Of a DNA stretch of 64,000 nucleotides, positions 13,200 to 24,800 are shown piece after piece; positions within the stretch are counted from its first letter, which is position 1, and every line of letters begins with the position of its first letter. The position numbers were made by a program, and so were the translations under genes. The DNA is from Vicugna vicugna. Taxonomy: Eukaryota. The notes below the pieces were generated by a model. It did no database searches, was not told the DNA's origin, and was given only the letters and a program-made list of their open reading frames with translations. The stretch covers positions 1,488,001 to 1,552,000 of the forward strand of contig MU058444.1 of the NCBI GenBank assembly GCA_013265495.1, in the 5' to 3' direction.

Positions 13200-16100
13200 T
13201 TTTTTTTTTTTTTTTTCCTTTAAAGGGATTGAGATTTGTTACAAATATTTTCTGTATACAAAGGAGGTTAATTCCTCCTGGTCATTTCAATAACAAAGGA
13301 ACCCATTCTTTTAGATAATGTTTGTTAGTGCTTTTAATGTTACTTAGTGCTGGAATTTTGCCGTGATTTCTTTCAAGCATGTGACACCGAGCAAAAAAAA
13401 ATCCTGGCACAAGAATCAGGGGCTCTGGGCCAGGGCCTGGCTGCTCCTGCCCTGTGATCTGAGCATCGTCGGATGACAGAGTGAATGACCCCTCCGAGCT
13501 CCAGTGCCCACAGATGCATATTGTGGGTCAGATCTACTTCCCTGAGTGCTAGACACTGCAGCAATGTCAATGAAGCAACACGATGCACAAAAAGTGTAAA
13601 CCGTGAGTATTGCTGTTGTCAAAAGTTCCAGGGCTGACTATATTTTTCAAAAGTAGGCTCCCTAGCTAAAGAGTAGTGCCAAAGAGCCAAAAATTCTATA
13701 GTGAGACAGGTTGTGGTTCCAATACTGATTCTGCCCTTTACCAGTTGGGTGACCTTTGTAAATTACTTACCCTCTGATAGGTCTCAATTTTTACATCAAT
13801 AAATGGGAATAGAAAAAATACTCGCTCATAAAACTGAGGCATGGATTAACTGAGATCATGCTTGTAAATCATTTAGTCCAGTTCCCAGCACAGAAATTAT
13901 ACCACTGTTGTCATTGTTACTTTCACATACAGCTATACTATTATTTCATATTATATGACAATGTCATAGTTTTTAAAAGGATCGCATACATATAAGAAAT
14001 AGTCATCTGTTTGCTTAATTCTGATCAATTCTTCCTCAAAGTAAGTAACTGTAGACTGATAACTGTTTTTGACATGGTAGTACGGAAGCAAAAAAATCTT
14101 AATTGCTGATTTGAATATGTCAAAATATGTAGTTAGAATCCATATTTTATTTTAAGGTCTTTACGATTCCAATGGAAACTTTAGCAAAGAACATCTTAAT
14201 GCCTCCTCTTTCAGAATGTTATCAAATAATGAAAGACTGATGAATCCGTATTTTCCCCCTCAACATATTAGGAAGTATCTAAAGTCAATGTGATGACTTT
14301 ACAATATGGACGCTGTAAACAGAAGTAGTCCACAGTTCATCTAGGGTCTTTGTGTGACTTTTTGGATAAAATCCATAAATTCTCATCCTGCTTTAAAAAT
14401 ATAGTAACAAGAAGCAATTCAAGAAAATTTTTTGAAAGATCTATCATCTGAAAAAAACAAACAAACAGTCTAGGAAAGTCAAAATACTTAAGGTAGAACT
14501 GTATGAAATAGAAATAAAATGATTATAATGATACAAACAGTAGTAAGAACAGCTACGAATTAGAAAATCATAAATTCAAACATGATCTGTATAACAGACA
14601 ACGCTGAAAGCTCCAGGATTGAATGATTATTTGAACAGAGTGGCTTTCCCATTTAGAGTTCAGGAGTTTATTCACCAAGATTTTTCATCACAAATCAACT
14701 TTTTTTTTCCGGCATTAAAACTAGGAAAACAAGTTGGCTGATGAAAAAAAAGAAAAAGCATGAAAACTCAAGATTGTTCCCCATCTTTCAAAGGGTCTTT
14801 TAGAGACTGCCCATGTCTTCACAACCAAATGTTTTCTAGTTCTATATTATTACTTTGGCCGCCATCAGTTCCCTTCTCCATAACCAGCAAGGAAATGGAA
14901 CAGGTAATATCTGGATCGAAAGGAAAACGGTGGGTTCGTTCTAGGAATCTGACCAAAAGGAATTGAAAAGCACCTTTCAGCAGCAGAAAGTGTTGCCTTC
15001 AGGTGCTCAGAGGGAAACCCCATAGGCGCCCAAAGGGGACCGACCTTTCTCAGGACACCCTGAGGAGGGATCTCAGCCCATCAGCTGTCCAACTTGAAGA
15101 CTCAGAAGTCTTCGGAGTCACTGAAATTCAAGTTACTTTTCTTTTGGGTAGAGCAAAAGTCAAATGCATAGCGTTCCACAGTTCAGCTAGGCATTTCTTT
15201 GACAGAGGCTGGTGGGCGGGGTAGCAATCTCCTCCAACATTAGGACAGCAGAGATTCGACTCTAGCAGAAGAAGGTGTAGTAGCAGCGGGGACCACTGAC
15301 TGAGTCCTTTGCTTATGGAGGCTTAGAGACCTATGATCTTGCCTCACTGAGTCCTCATTACAATTCTGTGTTACGATCTCCACTTTACAGAGGAAGAAAC
15401 AGTTCCAATGCAGTGAAATCGTCTGTTCAAGGATGCGTAGCTGTTAAAGCTAGTCTGGTATTCAGTCCAGTCTGACTCTGAAACCCTGACACTTAAACCC
15501 TACTGAAACAGTTGGAGAACCATATAATCCCCTCTCATTCTAAGCAAAGGAAATATCTACAAAACATTAACCACAAAGCCTATCAAAGCCCCCTTTAGCT
15601 GTCCTCTGAGCTCCCATTCCAGGTGCTGCATCCTCCCTTGTCTTTCCAGAAAACCCCGCCCACAACATCAGAAATGCTATAACGTCAGTTAAACCCCCCT
15701 CCGATGATTCAGTTTGTGCACGCTGTCTCTTTCCACTGGGGATAAGACAGGACGAACAGGGCGTGGTCCCTGCTCCTACGCATGTCACCAGATCTGCACT
15801 CAGAAGGGGCCCCGCATGCACTTCGTCTAATACTTTGCTGCCATCTTGGAAATCTCGATAACTTTTAAACAAGTGGCCCCACCTTTTCATTTTGCTGCCC
15901 CTGCAAATGGGATACAGATGTTGGCTACCAGTGCAACTCCAGCACCAATCACGGCCATTGAGAGAGGTCTCACTCGGGTCCAAATACTGTCCTTAAAACT
16001 GCATGCCATCCACTCATTTAATCCTCTCAACACCTAAGGAGGGAGGTGCTATTATTATCATCAGCCCTTTTTAGGCAAAGAGCCAGAGGCACAGCGTGAG

Positions 16101-18842
16101 TAAGTCACCTGCCCGAAGTCACGCTGCTAGAATAAGTGTAGAATGTGGGATTCCAATCCAGGCTTGCTGGCTTCTTCTATGCTACTCTGCTTCTGGGATG
16201 GAAGCAGCGACGAAAGCAATTAGGTTGAATTTATAATTAAACCTCAAAGCCGTTTGAGCAGTAATTTTCCAGGGACTTAAGATTCTGAAAATACACTGGG
16301 TCTCCTGACATTGGAAGGCTGATCGCAAAATTACAAGAGGGACAGGACATCTGTGCACAACAGATACTATTGAATTTCTCATATCAGAACAGCATAGCTG
16401 AAGGGGTTTGTAAATGTTAATAAATCTTTGGATGTTGACGGGTCTTATAGGTCTGCATAAAATCTAAATGAGATTTGCATCTGACCTACTTAAACTATTT
16501 TCTTTATTCCAAACAACTTCAGGAAAGCCATTAAACCACCAGGACGATAAAAGTTGATACTTACTTCCAGAAGAAAGTTAAATAAACACAATAGCTAAGT
16601 GATAATTTAATTAGATAAATTTATGTCTAAAATACAGGGTTGTATTTTTTTTTCCCCAATGCAAGCACTGACCCTCCGTGCTTTATGAAAAGTAAAATGA
16701 AACAACACGTCACTGACAAGGGTCTTCATCGTCTTAGAAACTATAAACTAGCATGTACCTCAGTTGAATTTCTTTACTGATCAAACAATTTAACATTACA
16801 CAAGGTCTGAGCTTTTACATTCTATGTGACATTTGTGTAACTTGCTGCTTTCTGAGTGTAGGATATGTACTCTGGTTGTAGAGGTTTATTGTTTTTCTTT
16901 TTTCTCAAAACCACTAAAAATCCTTCTAACTAACCTACAAGTGATTTTTCTTTCTCATTTTCAACGTCGTATGCTTTAATAGATTTTGTTTCTAACTTAC
17001 TGGATAATAATTTTATTACAGCCACTGAGACAAGGCTCTCACAAATTTAGAGCTGCTGCGTGGTTACGTAGATTCTTGTTAACATCCCCTAAAAAGACAG
17101 GTGACTACTCCCCGCTCCGATTTTTATCTTAACTGTCGTAACTTTAAGATCCACGACCGGGTCTGAAACATCCCCATCAAACATCCACATCACAACAGAT
17201 CCCTTTCTCCCCCCCCAAAATAAATGAGCCAGTTGTCAGGGCTGACTGGTGCATTTTAAAGGCTATCTTAGCCAAGGGTATTATTTCAAGAGATGAGCAA
17301 ATGGGGAAACCCCACGGTCCAGCCAATAAAATATGAACTTGAGGTGCAAAGAAGCACTCATAAATATTCCCTGGAACAAGGGGTTCGTTGTTTCGCTCCA
17401 GCCCTTCTAGTGGCTGCTCTGATCTCAGCCTCTCTCTGTCAGGGAAGCCTCTTCCTTTAACCTGTGGTTTCTTCAAGCTGAGCTACTACGCTATTTATGA
17501 CTGTAAATTTGAGTCGCCCCGTCTGTGCGCTCCTGGTACACACACACTGAGCGCCCCCCTCCTTTTTCCCCACTTTGGTATTTCAGTGTGGAAGGATGAA
17601 AGGGTTTCCCCTGGAGCTGATGTGGTTGGGGATGTGGAATTAGCTGCCGTGCTGGTATGAGGTAGACTGAGAGCTCCCCAACACAGCCTCCACCTGCGTG
17701 GCCCAGAGACAGCCTCGAATGACTCACCTCATTCATTTTCTTCTTTTCAAGGGCTTGGAAACAAAACAAAACAAAACAAAACAGAAAAGACTTCCTATCT
17801 TTCTCCACCTCACCCTCCTTGCTCTCTGCCTCCAACTGTGAGTCTTGACCTCTCCTACACTCTCACCATCTCCTCTCCACTAAAAACAGAGCTAATAATT
17901 TCTTCACAGGCGTGACAGGAGGACTCAATCAAAATTATAGACGCAAAAGGGTTTTAGAAGCCAAAAACGAATTGCATGTTTGATTATTGTTCTTTTTGTT
18001 CAATGTGCCTTTTTCCCTCTTTTTTTTTTTTTTACTTTCCCTTCAATTTCCCCTTTTAAATTTTAATTATGTTATAAAATAGGAAAGGCAAAACCCATGA
18101 AATTCAATCAATGGGATGGTCAGGGAGAGGTGAGGAGGCAAGGAAGGATGGGGCGGTAGGGAAACGAACAGCCCTGGAGGCTGGGATGCCCTGGGGAGCT
18201 TTTCTCCTGATGGGTGGAGGCTGCAGTTGGCACTTTATAAGCCTTTCCTTCTCAACCAGAGAGGAAACAGGAGACTCTACCTAAATGATTAGGCTGTAAC
18301 GAATTGATTTTCAGCTAATCGAAGCCTCAGGCTATGAAGAAAGTGGGACCAAAGGCAGACCCCAGGAAGGGTGGGGGCAGTGAGGAGAGGGGTGCCAAGA
18401 AAGCCTGGAGCCGGGGAGGCCCTAGAACGGCAGCGGAAAGGCCGCAGAGTGGGAGGAGAGTGGGGGGAAGGAGAGAGGGAGGTGATATTGACAAAAAGGA
18501 AGAATGAAAGGGAAGGAACCGGAAGTGCAGAGTGAGCAGCCCCCAGCCCTCGTACTTTGTCACACTTTCTTATTTCCAGCTGTTACTTTGATTAAACTTC
18601 TAAAACTAGCAATTTGGGAGTGACCATTAAAATGTGCAAAAAACAAAAAAAAAACAAAAAACTTCTCACTGAACGGTGATTATAACCTTCTCTGCTGCCA
18701 AGCCCGTCAATCTGGAGTCACACAGCTTTAGGGGACAGCAAGCATCCCCCCGGGCACGCGCGGATGCCAAGGGCGGATGGAGGAGAGAGAACAGGGCTCC
18801 ACCCTCAGCAACTCCTTTTCTCTTCAAAAGTGAGGCATGTCA

Positions 18843-19008
18843 GGGGAGAGAGTATAGCTCAGTGGTAGAGCGCGTGCTTAGCATGCGTGAGGTCCTGGGT
18901 TCAACCTCCAGTACCTCCGTCAAAAAAGTGATCAAAATGATAAATAAACCTCATTACCTCCCCCAAAATAATAATTAAAAATTATAACTAAAAAAGGAAA
19001 TTTAAAAA
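18843..19008 (+). mobile_element. Vic-1-type SINE, long form
   Basis: tRNA-like head, then aaataaacctcattacctccccc and an A-rich tail. Confidence 0.9.
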
Positions 19009-22000
19009 GTTCGATGTATTAAAGAGTGGCTGTCTTACTCAATATTAGCATTTGTTATTCCAGGCATAATCCCTGAATATGTAACTGTAATCTTTAGATC
19101 ATCTTTCTTTCCATCCCATCTCATCACCCCCCTTCCTTGAAAAAAGGAAAAAAATCTTTCTGTGTGTTTATAGGTGTGTTTATGTTACCCAAGTGTTAAT
19201 AACCCTGTTGGAGGGACTACATAGATAGGCATCTTTCGGCAGATCTGTGTAGAAATTCCTCTCCACTGGGCACTTGAGCCAGCCAAAACCAACAGTAAAT
19301 ATCAATGATGTCTTTCAAATCTGTCAACTGAGGGCAGAAGCATTTTTTTCTTCCAGTACCAGGAGAACTTAATGATTTGGGGAAGTGAGGGGAGAAGGGT
19401 TTAACTGAAAAGTTTGAAAGCCCTTTTTTTTTTCCTATTTCATATCTTAACATGCTAAATATGTTGTTATAAAATATGAAAAAATTTAACCACATCTTTA
19501 TACTTTTATGCATGAGAATTAGTATATACTATTGAACTATATCTCAGTATTTGACACCAAGCCAACTGATCAAAACCCAATAATAAACCCAAAGTTCTTC
19601 TTTATCAGAGAAATACATGTAGACAAAGGACAATATAAAAATGAATTTCCTGTGTTTACTGATTTTTGTAATTTCCTCTGAAACATCTACAGCGTTACGT
19701 CATTTTAATTATACTATCACCAAGTAATCAAAAAATAAGATTGGCTTCTAACTAAAAGATCTTAGAAATGCACTACATGTTTATCTTAATGTAAACTAGA
19801 GATACACTAGATACACTAAATATTGCAAGCAAAGTACCTAACTGATACGTGAACTAACCCTTAACATTTTTGAAAAAGAGATAGTTAAAAGAATTGTCGG
19901 AAAAATATTTTTGTTACTAACAAAATAATGTGCTACTGACTACGCAAAATTCCACTGACATTCAGTAGTTTCAGAGACAAAGCAGAGAAGTTAGCCTGTA
20001 AAAGCTGGAGGCCATGAGACTGATAAAAGCTGGCCTAAGAATAATGAATAAAACAGAGTGGGAAGTTTCTCTTCACACAATTAATAGTTAATATTTGTTT
20101 GTTCAACGTGAACAAATCACTAAAATTATTTAAAAGGGAAAATAATGTTTTTGGCTTCATATTTAGTTGTTTACATTGCCTTGAAGCAATTTCTTCACAT
20201 TTTACTTTTTTTCTTTCAGTAAATTCTAATCTATTTTTCACTTATGAACATAAAACTAGTCTCATCTGAAGTTTTTAAAAAGAGATGTTTTGTTAAATAT
20301 GAGTCAAAGTTCGAATAAAATTTAATTGTTCTTGGTGAGTAAAACTTATGATGGAAAAAAATGTCTTCCAGAATGACAGGATAACTGTAGAAAATCCATT
20401 ATTTGAGTTCCAAAATGACAAGGGCAGGCATTAATAACAAAGATGCTACTAGGCCCTCTTTAATATAATTCAACTTATTACGGGAAATGTCAACAAATTC
20501 TTTTCACAGATTTAAATATCCAGGTGACTTCCTCCATACAACTCCCATGACTATTGCTAATTTGATCATTGGCCCTTGGTCTCCACTATATATATATCTT
20601 TACTAAAAATACAAAACAAAACCCACTGGAGTCTTATAAAACATGAGAAAAATTGCAAATAATATTTGTTACTGAATGTTACAATAAGAAATACCAAAAT
20701 TCTTAGCACAGTTAATAATGCTATTACACTTTTACCTTTTCTAAGCATGCTTTGACCTTCTTTATTATGAAGAAATACAGAAGTTAAAATTTTTACTAAG
20801 TAGTGATTGACTGTAAGCTTTAGATGTATGAGAAGGCATGGTGTAAAGATGATAAAATAAAATTGTGGTTCAATTCTCTTCAGAGACTACTAGGTAAAAA
20901 TCACTTCATATCAGAATCAATTTGTCACTAATTTCATGTAAGACATTTTGTTCAGCATTATTAAATAAAGAAAAGGCAATGCAGTTTATTACTGAAGATG
21001 ATTTACTCAGCAATTCAAGCATGATAGGAATAAATAAGAATTTTTCTGAAGCTTATGTCCAGTATTGCTTCTCTGGAGTCAAATCAATCATTGTTATTTC
21101 ACGGTATACTTAATAAACCACTTTGTTATTATAATCCAAACAATGTAGCCAAAATTTTAGTGTTTTAAAAATAAAAGCATTCTTTCATGATAAAAATGGT
21201 CCTAGAAATCACTGAATAAAACTGTTTATTATTGTATTTGGCTTTCTTATTCTAGGTAAGTTTGTAAAACATAATGGCACACAGGTTCAAAAATCATACT
21301 TAATTCCTGTCTGAAAAAAACACACTTCTCTTGTGAATGATCAAAGCATTCAAATATAATAAAATACATCATTAGAACAGACTCATGACTGAGCTATTGT
21401 TTTATAAAGTGCAGAACATAACGCATTCTTTCCTGTCAGATTTCAGATGACCTGAACTGATTTTTTTCTCAGTGATTTATTGTGTGAATCTGTAAATCAT
21501 GCTAGGTTGCAATTTTTCTATGAAAAGATTAGGACGAATTTAAATTACTGAATCATCTTGAAAAACTGCTCCAAAGGAAAACATACCATGTTTGCATGCG
21601 GCTCATACTAGGAAAAAGTAATCAAACTAATTTAGAATTAAGACATATTTTAATGGCCTGAACGGTCCAAACTGAACCTGTTAATTATATGTAGAAGGAA
21701 AGGGGCCCAAGGACACCTGATTAGGGCAACCAATGAAGACTTACTAAAACCCATAATGAGAGCTTTGTCTCCAGCAACGTGAAACACATGATTTATTAGG
21801 GACCTTCTCCTTCCTGCTACGATTCCGAAGAGCAAATGAGCAGGGCATATTAAGCCACATTTATTATGAAAGCATCACGTGTTATTAAGATTTGTTGCTA
21901 TCTAGATTTTCAAAGAGTATTTTTTGAGATAGTAGATGAGGAAGTTTTTAATTAAGTGTGTAATAAAACATGTCCTGTTTTAAGCCCAAGCAGACTGCAT

Positions 22001-23122
22001 TTTTGAAACGAAGTTTTAAAAGCTCTTACGCCAAAAGTTGATTACATTTGCTGATTAAGTTTTGTCTTCAAAAATAAACATGTACTTTTTTTCCTTTTGG
22101 ATGTTTGAAGATAGTAAATTTTCACCTTGGGTCTTTACCAAAACATTTAAAGAAAATTACAGCCCTTGTAAAATCATTTTAAAGGTAGTGACTCTTTAAT
22201 ATCATTGGAAGATGAAATACTGTGCTCTAATTCATTATTTGAAACTGTCAATAACAATGTTTTTGGTATTGTCAGTACCAGCACTGAGCAAAACATAATT
22301 TTAAAAATTATTCTCTAACACTGCTCTTAAAGAATTTTTCATTTGAAATTTTATATCTTAAATGGAAAGGAAAGTTTTGTATAGGTAAAGACCATCATAA
22401 CATGTTTTACATTTCTCTTGCTTTTAAAAAAAAATCAAATAAGTAGGTTAGATTTTAATCCTTATAGTTAAAATATGTTCGATGGCAACTTCTTTTCCAA
22501 AATCTTTGTCGACAGAATTTCAGACTCTATCCCTGAAAGTCTTTGATAGTAATCTTTTACAATATTATTTGATCTTAAATTAATTTCACATCAATATTTT
22601 CACAGGAGTTGCCTCCCCTTAATGAAAGTTCTTAAGTGGCATATAAATTACACGTGTATGTTTTTTAAATTACTAACCAAAAAAAAAAGGTTCAGAATGT
22701 CACTTTTACTTTTCCATCTATAAGTACGTGCATTATTAGCAGTAGTATTATTATTAATTTTGCCCATAGCATAGCAATCCTCATAAATTCTCTTTTTTTT
22801 AAGACTGTTGCCTGTTTATTCATACATTTAAGCAAGGATGAAATTTTAACAAGATGTGAAAAGACCTAAATCTACCCAAACCATGTGTTTAATTTTAGCT
22901 TTTTATATTGAAAAAACAATATATATATATATGTACACATGACTTTGCTGCCTAAGGCAAAATCTTACATTGCCTCAACGAAAGGAAGGAAACAGAAGCC
23001 AGAGAGAAGAGTTATAGAAAATGACTCTAAATAAACATGACCACCTACCAGGCAGCTACTTCACCATTAGGAAAACTTCCACTTTGTAATAACACAGATT
23101 AACAAAGAAACGAACAACATAC

Positions 23123-23612
23123 CTAAATTGACAAAGCTCATGACCATGTCAGCATCATTCAGAAAGTTGGTATCATGGAGGCTGGCTAGAGGAGGACTCT
23201 GGGTGGTCAGGGGAGTCGTTCGAGACAACTGTATGCGGCGAGGGTACCCATTGGGAGAGGCTGGGGGTCCCTTCCTGGCTCCTCTGGTCTCTCCTGCCAA
23301 GGATGCCCTCCCCGAGGACTCCGGCTCCTCGGAAGTGTCCTCACTGGCCATGGCGTTGTACAGGTCCAGCATAAAGAGAGGTGCGGAGGAAGCTTGCTTT
23401 CCAGGTGAAAAAGGTCTGGGTCTGTGAGGCAGACCCAAGATAGAGAGAATTTCCCTCTGGATCTCCCGTCTTTCGTGGTTCCGTAGTCTTCTATAAATAA
23501 AACTGGAGTGAACATGATTGTCTCCCAAACCTCCTTTTGCACAACCCACTAGAACCCAGCAGCTCCAGAGGAAACCCACAATACCCCTAAGTAAAAATAC
23601 AGTCAGATGCAT
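23123..23612 (-). CDS. BMP5: Bone morphogenetic protein 5, coding part of exon 1 (signal peptide plus N-terminal TGF-beta prodomain; 163 codons + 1 nt)
   Basis: Translation [86 protein letters not shown] matches BMP5 as recalled. ATG at 23612-23610. Similarity ends at the donor TTAG|GTATGT (intron starts at 23122). Confidence 0.98.
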
Positions 23613-24313
23613 TTTTGTCCAAAAGCAAAAGCTGGTATTTTTAGTCCTTCTTCTCCTCTTAAAAAAAAAAAAAAAAATCTAAGTTCCTAGGAGGTATACG
23701 TTCCCAGTAGCTGAAAACAAATTTACCTATTCTTCATGACAGTGTCATTTCTGAACACAACATCCTCACGGTTTTTCCTGCCCTATTTTAAATATTTTTG
23801 GAATATGTCAAGAGTAGTTATTTCTAAGAAAGCTGAAACTCGGATTTCCAATTATCCACAGTTGTTAAGAGTTTTTGCTGCATTGATGTAGCGGGAGACG
23901 GCTAATATGATTTGTTCAGATGACCTATGCATTCCTATATGAATGTATGCCAATCAGGCCTTTGGTATTTGAATTAACGGAGGTTGATCTTCTGATAAAC
24001 TGTAGTTCCCAAAGTCATCTTCACTGTCTCTTGACTTCTTCTCAGCCCTTGTGCTCTTCCCAAGACAAATCCTGATTTCTGAGTCACAGATCTACGCTGA
24101 TCTGCACCTTGGTGTTGGAACATATATTTGTCCGGCAGCTTGGTGATAACTTTAACATCTTTTGTGTCGTCTTAGTGTAAAGCAAGACTCAAGGTTGTGC
24201 TAGTCAAGTCAGTGTGTTTCCCTGAATTTACTTGAAAACCTTCCTGTGGGCTCCTTCACTCCCTTTCTCCTCCTGACTGTTAATTCCACCTCCAGCAGGC
24301 ACAAATACACCAG
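23613..24313 (-). other. BMP5: BMP5 5' UTR (approx. 700 nt; 5' end approximate)
   Basis: The minus strand from 24313 reads CTGGTGTATTTGTGCCTGCTGGAGGTGGAATTAACAG..TTCAAGTAAATTCAGGGAAACAC..ACACTAAGACGACACAAAAGATGTTAAAGTTATCACCAAGCTGCCGGAC, which resembles the recalled start of human BMP5 cDNA. It is contiguous with the ATG. Confidence 0.75.
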
Positions 24314-24800
24314 CCCTCTTCAAGGGAGATCTAAAGAGTAATGTAAGCACAACCGTGCTGGGAAAGAAGAGGCTTCTCATTGTAATTTGAAACTGGTAAA
24401 GCAAAAAGAACTTAACCCTTTCGCTACCAGAAAAGCCTCCATTTTCGCAGTTTGATAGCCAGGCATCTAACACAGCACAGTGATGCCTGGAGCGTGTTAA
24501 GTCCTAGGAGTGGGGAAAAGCCACTTTTCAAGCAGCAGACTGAAAATTTTGTCACCAATTTTATAGTGGACCCTTTCAGATCTTTCTTTTCATAGTACAC
24601 ATTGAACACACTTCTATATTAAGTCTCAGGTTGCGGCTGAATTCACATGACTCCGTTCTATATTTGAGGTTATTTCTAGTTTTTATAAGTTATTAAACGT
24701 TACTTCTTAAGAAATAAGAGGACAAGGCATAAACTGAGGTTAATTTGTTATTCCTTAATGACAGCCGGATCTTTTCAGAGTAAAATACAGTAGAGAATTC
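24314..24800 (-). promoter_or_regulatory. Putative BMP5 proximal promoter (AT-rich, no CpG island)
   Basis: Positional only: apparently repeat-free sequence directly upstream of the inferred 5' end. Confidence 0.5.

Larger units (their letters stand above)
1..23122 (-). other. BMP5: BMP5 intron 1 (partial; continues beyond position 1)
   Basis: Canonical GTATGT donor at 23122-23117. No exon-2 peptide (VERDKDFSHQRRHYKEF...) seen downstream in the window. Confidence 0.85.

Noticed and set aside
18845..18918. tRNA-Ala(AGC)-like genes (also at 11673, 37530, 38145, 62490)
   Set aside because: They have A-rich tails, TSDs in several copies and mutual divergence, so they are SINE copies rather than tRNA genes.
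23067..23122. C-terminal [18 protein letters not shown] of the 181-aa ORF
   Set aside because: This is read-through into intron 1 past the canonical GTATGT donor, not BMP5 sequence.
23128..23542. Antisense and alternate-frame ORFs over BMP5 exon 1
   Set aside because: Shadows of a GC-richer coding exon with no independent support.
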